Assembly: GCF_006345805.1 (NCBI RefSeq) | Contig: NC_042998.1 | Location: 153,698,001-153,762,000, forward strand | Reading direction: 5' to 3' | Origin: Octopus sinensis | Lineage: Eukaryota | DNA length: 64,000 nt | Made by a program: the position numbers and the translations under genes | Shown: one piece after another, positions 39,376-52,546 of the stretch | How the letters are laid out: each line of letters begins with the position of its first letter | Numbering within the stretch: the stretch's first letter is position 1 | The notes under the pieces: model-generated | What the model saw: only the letters and a program-made list of their open reading frames with translations | Told to the model about the DNA's origin: nothing | Database searches by the model: none

Positions 39376-39396
39376 AGATTTTGACATCCATCTTCC
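39376..39396 (-). CDS. Candidate 21-nt microexon (GRWMSKS in phase 0)
   Basis: cttattcatatag|GGAAGATGGATGTCAAAATCT|gtaagt; frame-preserving, no stop. Splice signals only. Confidence 0.35.
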
Positions 39397-40049
39397 CTAT
39401 ATGAATAAGATTTTTCTTTTCAATATTAATGTAAGAATGTAATACTGAAGAACAGTTATGGAAAACAAATTCATTTGTTCTTATTTTCTCAAATAATAAA
39501 AAAAAAACCAAAAAAAAAAACCAAATTTCCAAGAGTAAATAATTTTAAGAATAATCTGCAGAGATAAATTGCCAACATGAAGTGGGACTGAAAATAAGAA
39601 TGAGTAAACTATTTTCAGATAATTTCTATACAGTCTTGCGAATGTGTCTTCAGGTAATAGTAATTCTAAAAATATTTTCACGTAGAATTCCTGTTCAAAA
39701 CATATAATTTTGTTGCCTTAGTACTTTACTGCGATAAATATAGGAACCCATTTAGAATTTCTAGAAAAGATGATTTGATTGTGAAAGAAAATAAAATAAT
39801 TTCTTTTATTTTGCCAACAGGACCACTCCAAAAATACATTCAAATTTATATAATAAATGAGGGATGGGTCAAAAGATACAGTATAGTATATTAAGAGGTG
39901 TTAAAATTTTATGTTTTAAATTACACAAATAAGTAAATATACATATTTTTTTTGTCTCAGCTAAGAATTCATCCTGCAGCTATTTCACTAGAAATAGGGC
40001 ATCAATGGCAATCCTTCCTGATAAAAACTCAAAAGCTAATTTTCTTCCC

Positions 40050-40300
40050 TCTACTATAACTCTCTGTTACTTTCATATCTTGGTTCATCAGTTTGATACC
40101 TTTGAATTGCATCTTTCTGAAGTATCTCTTTTGCACCTGTAACAGTTGCTGAAAATACAGCTAAGCCAGTCATTGAGTATAGCATTCTTTGTATTACCTG
40201 ATTAATTATGCAGGTGACTAGCACATTTTTACTGGATATTTTCAGCATATCAATGACTATCCTCAATGTTTCTGCTCAGCCATATGACTCTCGAAGTTTC
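40050..40300 (-). mobile_element. Old RTE RT fragment
   Basis: DMLKISS..LVTCIINQVI resembles EMLKISG..LVTRIVNQVI of the younger copies. Confidence 0.55.
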
Positions 40301-40609
40301 ATTATACAATGGTCAAATTGTTAGTCATAATAAATATACTGTAATTTTGAAAATGTTTCAACATTAAGAAACTGAATATTATTAGTTAGGTTGACAAAAC
40401 TAAAATTGATATGTAATCTAATATCTCTTTTGACTTCACTTCTGAAGATGCTATGAAGAAGCTATGGTGAACAATGATCTCCAGAAGTTTGGCTGTGTGG
40501 TTAAGTTTGCTCCCACTGTGCAGCACCCTGGGCAATTATCTTCTACTACAGCTAAAACCAACCCAGGTAAAACAGAGTGAATTTGATACACTAAACTAAA
40601 TGAAGCCTG

Positions 40610-40790
40610 TCATGTGCATGTGTGTATGAGAGAGAAGGGGAGCAGAGGGACAGAGAGGGAGAGGGATAAAGAGAAGGAGAGAGATTGTGTATGTGTCCAA
40701 GGCTATAGCAGAAGACACTTGCCCAGTGGGACTGAACCCAGAACCATGTGGTTGGTAAGCAAGCTACTTACCACACAGCCACTTCTACAT
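40610..40790 (-). mobile_element. SINE family A head fragment
   Basis: gacacttgccc..gggactgaacccagaaccatgtggttggtaagcaagctacttaccacacagccac, shared with 36930-37010. Confidence 0.75.
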
Positions 40791-40844
40791 ACATAAATAT
40801 ATATATAAATAGGATATAGGGGCACAAGGTACCAATTTTTGATG

Positions 40845-41830
40845 GAAATAACAGTTGGTAATCATTCAATGCTAGGTAAAGCTTCACTGTGGTGAACATA
40901 AAAAATTTTCATCTTACCTCTCAAAAGAACGCCTGAGAAATGGGTAACCTAGTACTCAAGTTTTGGACTTTTCAAAATATGTTTGTTATAATACTGATTG
41001 ATCCTCATCAGCTGGGGCTATTGGCTGACAGGCAGTGATGTAGCGGATATTTTAAATTTAGTCTCTTCGGTTGACCTAGCTGACGAAGATCAATCAGTTT
41101 TACAATAACAAACAGATTCTGAAAAGTCCAAAACTTGAGTACTAGGTTGTCCATTTCTCTGGCGTTCTTCCTATAGGTAAGACAAAAATTTTTATATTAG
41201 CTGCCCACACACATCTTTGCTTCTATACATTCAGTGAAGCTTTACCTAGCATCGAATGATTATCAACAGCTATTTGCAGCAAAAATTGGCACCGTATCGT
41301 GCCACTATTTCTTATTCATAATTTTACCTTTATGGTGCTTTATTTATAATTCTACCTTTACAGTGCTTATTTATAATTCTACCTTTACGGTGCTTTATTT
41401 TGCCGGAAAACAATATTATTGTATTGTAATAATATTTATATTTTTATATAAAACTTTTTCACTGGGGCTATTGGCTGAGTATACAGGCATTGATGTAGTG
41501 GATATTTTAAATTTAGTCTCTTTGGTTGACCTAGCTGATGAGGACCAATCAGTTTTATGATAACAAATGTATTCTGAGAAGTCTGAAACCTGAGCACTAG
41601 GTTGTCCATTTCTCTGGCGTTCTTCCGAGAGGTAAGATGAACATTTTTCATATTCACCACCTGCACACATCTTTGCCTCTATGCATTCAGTGAAACTTTA
41701 CCTAGTGTCGAACAGTTATTGACTGCTATTTCCAGCAAAAATTGATACCTTGTTGTGCCAGTATTTCCTATTTATAATTCTACCTTTACGGTGCTTTATT
41801 TCGCTGGAAAACAATATTATTGTATTGTAA
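40845..41830. repeat. Cluster of one inverted and two direct copies of an unclassified repeat
   Basis: 40845-41000 is the reverse complement of ~41090-41290; ~41010-41420 is repeated at ~41460-41830. Confidence 0.75.
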
Positions 41831-41853
41831 TATGTATATATATATATATACAT

Positions 41854-41888
<35 letters not shown>

Positions 41889-42639
41889 GGAAGTCATGAA
41901 GGTTATGGTATTATATTTATTCCTTCATTATGGCCACTTCAACAAGGTTCACATATAACATGAATATAAATATGATTGTTTAATATCACAATCTATTACA
42001 TACAATTCATGTTCATCTCATCAGACAAAGGTAAAAAACAGAAGAGAATTTATATTTGTATTTGGAAAATTATGATGTATATAGTTGTTCGTCAAAAGCA
42101 CAGAAGATGGAGCCTCATGTATAAAATGGGAGCGAATTTTCTGATGAGCATGTGAGAAATAGTGTAGGCCAGTATTGAATATAGTTTAACTTATTTGCAT
42201 TAAATGATGTTATTGAATCATGACAATATTTTGTAGTGCCAGAAATAGATAATTGGAACTTGATTACTGACAAATAGTTATAAATTTACTTAGGAAGGTG
42301 TATATACATACAAATACACACATATAAACATATCTATACATATGAACACATACATAGATATTTGTATGTGCATGTCTAATATGTACAACCTTCTTAGTTG
42401 ATTTATAACTCTCTATACGCAGATACTCAACTTCTGATAGACTACAATATGGTACTATAGACTATTAAAAGTATCATGATTAAATAACATCATTTAATGT
42501 CAATAAGTTAAATTCTGTTTCAATACTGGCCTCTCCTATTTCACAGATAAGAATTCACTCCCTCCCTTTTTCTGATGAGGTGAACATGGATCACATGTAA
42601 TATGTTGTAATATTGCATAATCATTTATATTGATTTTCA

Positions 42640-43091
42640 TATATATATATATATCAAAATACACACACACATATACACATATATCACTAAAGTCCTATTT
42701 GGGGTGAAAAATCAATAAATTGATTCCTTATAGGATTTCCCAATAAAATTGGCTACACCCCATTTTCAACCATGACTTTTACCAATTTCAATGTATTTTG
42801 TTCAAATTTGATGCCAGCATTATTTAGGACTCATGGGATCTTTGAATGCTTTAAGTTCTCAAAAAATGAAAAAAAAAAAAAGCCTGATGAGTGGGAAAAA
42901 TCGATAAACCAATTCCGTATGGGATTTCCCAATCATGTTGTCTGCAACTCATTTTCAGCCAAAAGTTTACCAATTTCAATGGATTTCACTCAAATTTGAT
43001 GTTGATATTACTTAGTTTGGTTTGAAGTAAAGAACTTGATTAGCTTAATAATCCTAACTTAATCCCGGGCAAAGCCGGGCTATACTGCTAG
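42640..43091 (+). mobile_element. Non-autonomous Helitron (3' end clear, 5' end uncertain)
   Basis: GC-rich hairpin cccgg-gcaaag-ccggg (43064-43079) followed by terminal CTAG at 43088-43091. Confidence 0.6.
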
Positions 43092-45999
43092 CACTCTTAT
43101 AAATGTGATAAGCTTTCTATTGTAAGCAATACTGTTGGGTCCCTGCCTTAAATTTCCAAAATATTCACACTGAACAGTATAGAAAAATTGGCTTAAAATA
43201 ATTTTCATATTTTAAAGAACAGGTATTGATATATTTTATACCACCAATACTAGCAAAAATTATAAATGGTGAATGACAATTACCAAACAGTTAAAGCAAA
43301 TCATTTAATGAAATTTTGATTTTCAAAGTGTCACAGAGGCTAGTGGTATTATTTTGGAGAGGAACCTTCAAATTGATAAATTTTAAAAAATTGAAAGTGG
43401 TATGATGAACTGAGTTAAAAAAAATGTGCGAGGGACTTGGTGGTGATGATAGTAGTTTATTTATTGGTAGTAATTTTGCAAATGTTGGCATGGATGTGTG
43501 TTATTATGTATTCCAAATAACTTTCTAAATTTTTTATTTGTAAATATCTCTACTAAAAAAATTTGATAGAAATTTATAATGATGTCTTTGATTTAATAAA
43601 AATAAAATCACTCTCATATATCTGCATTTGAACTATCTTCTTATACTTAAGATGCATGTGTTTAAAGATTAAAAATTCCACATTTTACAGGAAAATCGTT
43701 TTATCAGTTTACACAAGTTTTATTCAAGCACATCATATTTATTAAAGAAGCAGGGTCTAAAATTCTGAAGAAATCAATTTAAAATTTACACAAAGTGTCT
43801 ATTATATAATCTCTTATTTATTGAGACGATTTTCATTAAGACATTTGTCAACAACAAAATTATAGTAGTGTAACTAGAATCGATGGCCTGCATCAATAAG
43901 AGTTAACTCAGTAAAAAGCAATGGTCGAGTTATGTTATAGAGTCCAAAAGAAAAATACCATATACTTTACGAGGAGCTCTTTATTTTCTAAATCTGCTTG
44001 CTATTGTTAAATACTATTTTTATTTAATGCTTTTCTTTCTAATTGAAATTTTTTGATTCTAAAGAAGTCTACCAGTTTTTAAAGCAAATTTGTATAGAAA
44101 ATGGCTGGAAACAGATTACTTTTGATATTTAATGAGTTTGTGCACATATTTGATAAAATTCTTTAAAAAAATCAAGCATACTATACGCTTCTTACCATAA
44201 ATCAAATAAGTCCAGTGCAAAGATAGGGAAAGAGAATATTTAACATTAATTTTACATGTTAATCCAACATAAAATATATTCAATTTCAATAAAAATGTGG
44301 CATATTTTCACATGAATAGTGAAGGTGTACCTATATTTTTGAATCTGTGAAATAAAATTTCACATCAATAAGAGGCAATATTTGAAAATATATTTGTGGT
44401 TCTTAAAACAGCATTTCAGGTATAAAATTAAGACGAATGAGGAAAAAGATAGGTGAGATATAATATGACAAAACTTTACTACATTAAATAAAAAGAACTG
44501 TTCTTAATGCTAACAAAGGATCCAATAAACGAAAAGAACTAGTTTATGTTCATGAAAATCCTCAATATAAAAATCCCTGTTGACAGCTTCAAAGACAACA
44601 GAAATATTTTTCTGGATTACCAAGTTCTCAACCTGATTAACATAAAACTATATCAGTTTCCCACTTTATAATCCCCAAAAGATCAAACTTCCCAACAGTC
44701 CAAACTGATTTATTTTGATTAACCACAAAATCAATTTTCATAGAGGAAGAATATCCCTAGTATATTATGAATAGTTATCCCATTAACGTCAGAATAAAAT
44801 TACATTAGGTTAGATAGGATTTGAGTTTATATCCTTGAAAGAAGGAATTACACAGATTAAGGTACACTTAGAAAAACAACAAGGTATACAGGATGTTATA
44901 AAATACCATCAACAGTATTCAACATTTAATGTATAATTTCACACACATATAAATCTGTATAACCAAGCATAACATTTACACTGCTTTGTGAAGCATACAA
45001 TCACAGTTGCTCAACAATCCCTGCTTTCGCTCAAACGTCATGATTTAATAAGATACCAGTTCCAAAGGAAACTAGTATAGGCAAAAGCCAGTTAATTTTA
45101 TGAAATAAAACAAATTTGTACACATTTGAAGAAGAGTTTTACCCCAAATATCAGAACTCACCTTTCCACATAGTCCACAAATTCTTTTATTTTACAAATT
45201 TCATCAATATCTGCAATTTATCAATTCTAAATCTTGTCATTGGCATAGGTAGTCTGCTAATTAATTTGTTTGATACCAAACTGCCCGAAACTGCCCCTTC
45301 CTGTTTGAAAGTGTTTTAGATTACAACCTTCCATCAAAATTTCATGTCAATTTATGTTATAAACAGAAACTTCATGATGAAAGTTATTTTTCTAAATTAT
45401 TCATTATTTTCAAAATTAAAGAAAACAAAAACAATGTATTTTAACAGAAATAAGATAAAAGATTAAATTGATAACCACCTTAACTAATTACAGAACATGT
45501 TCCTTGTCCACTTATAAAAAACAAAAAGTCTACAATGCAACAAGAAGTAAAAAACAAGAAAAGAAATAGTTGAAGAGCAAAAAAGACTATATGCAAAAAA
45601 AAAAAAAAAAGAGTATGTGAACATGTTAGAAGCTGCTCATTGATTAATTTCTAGAACATACATTTTGAAGATTATATAGCACATATCTTACTTTATGCAA
45701 AAAATTACAAGAAATATAATTTCTTGAATTCAAATCATTCTTGTCCTAGATTGTTAAATGTATTTGGTTAAGTGGCAACAAAACCAAAAACCAAATACAT
45801 TAAAGGTACTGTGACAAATTTTCCTCCGTCTCCAAGTAATTCTTGAAGGCCCGGTCAATTATCTGCTAGGATTGAATGACTTAACAATAGCTCAATATAG
45901 CATTTTAGTTGAGAGCCATACAGTCACTGATGGGTTTCAATTTTTAATAACTTCCTTCACTTTACAAATAAATGCATAAAATTTTGATACAATATAAAG

Positions 46000-46501
46000 G
46001 ACATAATGCACAAGTCAAATTTTGCAACACCATTACATCACATATGAAAAATGACATCCCTTAAATGGTAGCCATTTTTGGCATTGTACACCTTGCTCAT
46101 TTCAAAACTTGCACCATAAAACTCACTGTCCTGTTCTTGTTACAACTTTCACCCTCCGCAAAAAATTCCAAATTTCATTTAATTTGTATTGCAGGAAGGA
46201 CTGTTTCAACGGCGTTGTGTCTTGTCCTTGCCTTCAAACGTGGAGTAGATGAAACAGGGACAACTGAACAAGGGGAATATTCTTTATGTTGTATGTCTTG
46301 TTACTGTTTGTTTTATTGTTGTTCCAAAAAAAGTTTGTTTCTATGTTTTCGATTCTCATTGTGTTCATCGTTTTTTTGATGTCCTGTACCAATATATGCA
46401 TGTACATATACATGTATATGTAGGTATGTACATATATGTAAGTCTATATGCATATATATATATATATATATACCGATCCATTCTTGTTGCTTATTTTTTC
46501 G

Positions 46502-46536
<35 letters not shown>

Positions 46537-47140
46537 ATATATATACGTTTATATATTTGTTTTACAAGATTTTTGATGTGAAATCGTGTGTTGAAACAGA
46601 TATTGTTGTATTTAGGAATGGTCATTTTGCCAGTTTAGCCAATAAAAACACACGCACTATAAATTTGGTGTTACTTTGCTTCAGCGTTATTTATTTTTTA
46701 CATTAATCTTTATCTTATTTCGGCCAGAGTTCTTTCGTCACACTCCTGTGACCGCATCAGTGGTTCTTTGCTTTCTTTTTTCTTATTTGTGTGTCTCTCC
46801 TTACTAACGGTCAGCCATTTTGTATTTCTATTGTATGTGTCTTCATTTGGGCATGCGTATACCTCTATGTGTGTCTATGTTTAGTTAGTGTGTGTTTGTG
46901 GGGAAGTGCCTGTAATATTTGTATCTCTTGTTTATATACATTCGTGTAATTTTTTTTTTATTATTACTATTATTATTATTATACATAAATAATAATAATA
47001 AGTAGGTGTAAACACATGAACAAAATAAAAATAAACAAAAACAAATTACATGAACGTATATAAACAGGAGATACAAATATTACAGGCACTTCCCCATGAC
47101 CATTCCTAAATACAACAATACATATATATACATATATTTT
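46000..47140. mobile_element. Probable Penelope-like element terminal (pLTR-like) sequence with internal inversion
   Basis: ~46590-46840 is the reverse complement of ~55425-55675; internal ~52-bp inverted repeat (46899-46952 / 47043-47096); hammerhead-like motif at 46724-46763. Class assignment is inference. Confidence 0.45.
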
Positions 47141-47200
47141 ATCCACACACACACACACACACACATATTATATATATAATATAATATATATATATATATA

Positions 47201-47247
<47 letters not shown>

Positions 47248-47269
47248 AATCATAATCAAATCAAATCAA

Positions 47270-48160
47270 AACAATCAAAATAGATGAACATCAATGGAAT
47301 TTGTATCTTTGTGGTACCAATGCCGGTGGCACACAAGAAAACCATCCGAACGTGGCGGTAGCCAGTACCACATCGACTGGCCTCCGTGCTGTGGGCACGT
47401 AACAAGCACCATCTGATCGTGGCCGTTCGCCAGCCTCATCTGGCACCTGTGTTGGTGGCACATAAAAACACCATCCAAAGACCCGGCAAGACTAGTCAGG
47501 CCATAACCCGTGGCCCCTACCTGGGACGTAATCAGTCCACCTGTGCATACCTTCCTTCTTATGACACTTGTGAAGACCTGTTGAGGCAAGTATGTGACAC
47601 TTGTGAAGACCTGTTGAGGCAAGTGTGTGACAGTTGTGAAGACCTGTTTGAGGCAAGTGAAAATCAAACCAAATCAAAATAGATGAACATCAATGGAATT
47701 TGTATCTTTGTGGTACCAGTGCCGGTGGCACACAAGAAAACCATCCGAACGTGGCCGTAGCCAGTACCGCATCGACTGGCCTCCGTGCTGTGGCACGTAA
47801 CAAGCACCATCCGATCGTGGCCGTTCGCCAGCCTCATCTGGCACTTGTGTGTCGGTGGCACATAAAAACACCATCCGAGCGTGGCCGTCTGCCAGCCTCG
47901 TCTGGCACTGTGTCGGTGGCACATAAAAAACACCATCCGAGCGTGGCCGTTCGCCAGCCTCGTCTGGCACCTGTGTCGGGGCACATAAAATCACCCACAC
48001 AACACTCTCAGAGTGGTTGGCGTTAGGAAGGGCATCCAGCTGTAGAAACACTGCCAGATCTGACTGGCCTGGTGCAGCCTTCGGGCTCCCCAGACTCCAG
48101 TTGAACCGTCCAACCCATGCTAGCATGGAAAGCGGACGTTAAATGAGGATGATGATGATA
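47270..48160 (+). mobile_element. RTE 3' UTR/tail with duplicated segment
   Basis: aaatcaaaatagatgaacatcaatggaatttg occurs at ~47272 and ~47672; ~60-bp units; ends ggacgttaaat(gat)n. Confidence 0.8.
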
Positions 48161-48370
48161 TATATATATATATACACACACCAACACACACACATATATA
48201 TATGTCTTATATTCCTCCCCACCACTACAAACTCAACACCACTATAAAATGGTCAAAACTTTTCACATAGGAACTTAGTTTGATTTGAAAATCCCACTAG
48301 AATGGGAGAAAGCGCTAATACATGATCTAAGTTATATGATGTATAAAAAAATGTAATATACAAATAAATA

Positions 48371-48745
48371 TCTCTCTCTATATAAACGGCAGTTTGTCTG
48401 TGTGTGTTTCTGTGTGTCTGTTTGGTTGTACCCTCACTCTGACCACGGCTTTCAACCGATTCTGATGAAACTTGACACACACATAGCCCAATGTCATAAT
48501 TCAAAACTAACGCAGCGAAAATTTTGAAAAGTTCCCCCAGTTCTGAAAAAGATCGATAAATTCGACATGGGGTCGACTATCAGAAACACAAACCACAGAT
48601 GGTCTAGGGGACGCAACTCGACCTTTTTAACTATCAAAAAAAACTTTACCATCATTTTTTTCCCCATTTTTTTGCTATAACTCTCTAAAAATGCTTTATA
48701 GTTATTTCCCTTACAAACCCGAGCAACGCCGGGCGATACTGCTAG
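48371..48745 (+). mobile_element. Complete non-autonomous Helitron
   Basis: A|TC 5' terminus, subterminal hairpin cccgagcaacgccggg (48718-48733), 3' CTAG|T, no TSD. Confidence 0.75.
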
Positions 48746-48829
48746 TCTATAAATATAAACCATCCGATTTTCTGAGTACCTCATTTCTTCTAATATAAAT
48801 ACCTGTACATCATCTAAAAACCTTCCAAT

Positions 48830-48855
48830 ACATATATATATATATGTATACATAT

Positions 48856-48903
<48 letters not shown>

Positions 48904-49663
48904 ACACATATATATATGTATACATATATATATGTACATATATATACACACGTATATATATATATATATATATGTATCATATACATATATATATAATATA
49001 TAACCACACATATATATATGTATACATATATATATATGTACATATATATATATACACACACATATATATATATATATGTATACATATACATATATATATA
49101 TATGTATATATATAATACACACATATATATATGTATACATATATATATGTACACATATACAATATATAATATATATACACACATATATATATACATATAT
49201 GTATCTACATATATATATACATACATTATATAATATATACATATTATACATATATACATATATATACATCATATATATATTATATATATGTGTAAATATA
49301 TATATATATCATATATACATATATATATATATTACATATTTATATATATACATATATATATATATATATCTATATATGTATACATATATATATATCATAT
49401 ATATTATATATTATATATATATATACACTATATATATATATATTATATATATATATATATGATACATATATATATACATATATATATAATATATATGTAC
49501 CTATATATATATATCCACATATATATATATATGTATCTATATAATATATATACAAACATATATATATGTATATATATATGTATATATATATATTATGTAT
49601 ATATATATATATACACACATATATATAATGTATATATATATATATGTATACATATATATATAC

Positions 49664-49694
<31 letters not shown>

Positions 49695-49710
49695 CACATA
49701 TATATATATG

Positions 49711-49744
<34 letters not shown>

Positions 49745-49751
49745 TACACAC

Positions 49752-49784
<33 letters not shown>

Positions 49785-49955
49785 TATGTAATATATATAT
49801 ATATATACACACTATATATATATATGTAATATATATATAATGTATACATAATATATATGTATATATATTATACCATATATAATATATATGTACTATATAT
49901 ATATACACATTATATATGTATATTATATATATATACACATATATGTATATATATG

Positions 49956-50003
<48 letters not shown>

Positions 50004-50527
50004 CATATATATATATATGTATATATATATATGTATGTATATATATATATATATATGTATATATATCTATATATATATATATATATATATGTATAATTAT
50101 GTATATATATGTATATGTATATATATGTTATATATATATATATAATAGATATATATACTATATTATTATGTATCTAAGTATATATATATATATATGTTAT
50201 ATATATTATATTTATACATATATGTATATATATGTATATATATATATTATATAATTTATACATATATGTATATATATGTATACATATTATGTATATATTG
50301 TATACATATATGTATATATATGTATACTATATGTATATATATTTATAACATATAGGTTATATATGTATACATATATGTATATATATGTATACATATATGT
50401 ATTATATATGTATACATATATGTATATATATGTATACATATATGTATATATATGTATACATATATGTATATATATGTATAACATATTGTATATATTATAT
50501 ATATATTATATATATATATATATATAT
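48830..50527. repeat. ~1.7-kb (TA)n-rich compound microsatellite
   Basis: Almost exclusively TA with TG/CA interruptions. Confidence 0.97.
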
Positions 50528-50529
50528 AA

Positions 50530-51240
50530 ATCTGTCTCTTTTCTCTCTCTCTCCCTCCTCCCTTATTCCACTCCGTTCTTTCCCTCTCCATCCTTCCCCC
50601 CCCCCTTTCTACGTTTCTCTATCTCTCTCCCTCCAGCCCCTCGATCTGTCTCTTTCTTTCTTCTCCTCCCTCGTCCACCTTCTCTCCCTTTTCATCTGTC
50701 CCTTTCTCCTGTCTTTTGTTCTCACGTGACAGCTAGCCGCTGTTGAGCGCTCTTTTCGTTTTTCAGCAGCCTCAGAAGCAACACGGATTTGTTCGTCTCC
50801 CCGTGGCCTTTAGGCACAACTTCACAAGCCAGCCCCTACTCAAATCGTCCTGGTCGAAAGACCCTGTCCTACGTCCTGGTTTTGTTTTGTGTTTATTTTT
50901 TATTTTTACCGTTATTGTTTTTACGTTTTTGTATTCTTATTGGTGTCACGTATTTCTGTATTTTTGTTTGTGTACTTCGAAACTTATTCGTATCGTTTCC
51001 CGTCCTTTCGTTGTATACCATTCGAAGCTTTCTCCAGGGGATCTAATGCGCTTGGCTTAGATTTCCCTTGGCGGGCTGGCCATATCGGAGCAATCTCAAG
51101 ATTAATCAGCCGAATTGCTAAGATGATCTGGTTCTTGACTGATGACTGAGGGCTTCGAATGTCCCGTCCTGTGGTTCTTGTGTCGTCTCTGTGGTGTTTC
51201 ATGTTTCTTGTCCAGTCTGTATTTAATTTTACTGTTTACC
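50530..51240. repeat. Unclassified element bracketed by (TA)n
   Basis: Sharp compositional boundaries against TA tracts; CT-rich start and CpG-containing body; no recognisable ORF. Confidence 0.4.
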
Positions 51241-51289
51241 TATAATATATATAATATATATGTATATATATAATATATATATAATATAT

Positions 51290-51545
51290 CGATATATATA
51301 AAGCTGAAGTTGTCTGTGTGTGTGGCAGGTTTGGTAGCGTTCAACTAACACTATCTCCTCCGAGACCCTGCGGCGCAAGTTGACAAAAATTGACAATATG
51401 TTAGAAGAAGGCTTGCCCTTCCTTCCGTAGGAGAAAAATTTCAAATCGGACCATGTTAACACCAAAAATTATTTACATCAAAAGGGTGCTTTTTTCTATG
51501 AAAATCGCTATTTTTTACGATGTTTTGACTACTGTGTCGCCATTT
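51290..51545 (+). mobile_element. Possible Helitron-like 5' fragment
   Basis: tatatataaagctgaagttgtctgtgtgtg resembles the start of the Helitron at 48371 (tatataaacggcagtttgtctgtgtgtg); no 3' end seen. Confidence 0.35.
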
Positions 51546-52546
51546 GTAGAAGGCAAATCGAGGAATCGTGCCAGATGGCGAACCAGTGGTGGGGCCAGCT
51601 CTGCCGACACGGCAACGCAGTTGAAGGAGGTGGTGGCCCACTGATGCAGTTTAGGAGGCGGTCCGCAAGGAGTCGCTGGTGCTTTGTTGGCACTTGGGGG
51701 AGCTCTGTATTCGATGGTTGCGTGGGGCCGGTGGAGCCCGACAGGCAGTGCAGAGTAGGAGCTCAATTGGGGGTCGGTTGGACCCTGGTGGAGGCAGAGG
51801 CTGACAGAGCCCTGGTTGGGTCGGCCGAGTTATTGAAGGCTGCGCAGGCGATTTGCAGAGGGCAAATCGGGGAACTGCGCCGGACGGTAAACCAGCGGCG
51901 GGGTCAGTTCTGCCGGTGCAGTGATGAAGTTAAAGGAGATCGTGGTCCGCTGATGCAGTTGCGGAAGAAGCAACCGTTGGTGAAAAGCGCAGGACGTTGG
52001 TCGCGAGGGTTGTTGGATGCTGGTCGCACGTACCTGGCAGAACGATTCGTCGGCCAAGGCGGTCGTCGCTTGAGGAAGCAGCGAGGCTGGAGGAAAGTCC
52101 CAGTACGGCAGCGAAAGAGGAGATATCGGCGACGGGGAACAGTGGAAAAGCGGAATGGTCCCTGGTCGTCAGCGATAATTGCGCGGAATGGGGATGGCAC
52201 AGCGAGGTGCTACGTGGGTTATAGAGCCCTGAGGAAGGTGGCCACTGTGAAGGATTGGCCGGACCCTTCCTGTGTAAGGGATTTGAGGAACTTCCTCGGA
52301 CGGTGCGCCTATTGTGGGCGACCAGTAGGAAGCCTGGCGGCGTTGGCAGAGGTGTTACCCAAGCCGCAGAGGGAAGGTGCCAACCTGTGGCTGGTGCTGA
52401 GGTGGTGGCCGTGGGAGGTGAGACCCCCGGAGGAGAAACCACCCAAGGGGACCTCCAGTTCCTGGAGCGTCTGCTGGAGCTCGCCCTCGGAGGTGCGGGT
52501 TTGTTGTGCTTTTTGTCGGGTCGACAAAAGCTTAGGTAGGGGGTAG
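51546..52546 (+). mobile_element. Deleted Gypsy/Ty3 internal region with residual pol motifs
   Basis: ORF 51575-52546 has PWSS..DGTARCYVGYRAL (RT N-terminus) and WPDPSCVRDLRNFLG..Y (RT thumb); no YxDD; purine tract aggtagggggtag abuts the LTR. Confidence 0.75.

Noticed and set aside
45162-45210. 49-nt exon-like segment on minus strand (ttgcag|...GAAAG|gtgagt; DIDEICKIKEFVDYVE in phase 1)
   Set aside because: Strong donor, but it has a stop in phase 0 and I could not chain it in frame to the HR1 exon; would need transcript evidence.
45230-45660. Faint resemblance to Helitron PIF1 helicase motifs
   Set aside because: Too degenerate to support by eye.
46100-46330. Splice-like signals on both strands
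   Set aside because: They appear to lie within repeat-derived sequence and give no family-like translation.
47700-48000. Repeat-spacer-like array resembling CRISPR
   Set aside because: Eukaryotic context, no cas genes, and the apparent spacers are homologous to each other; it is the RTE 3' UTR array.
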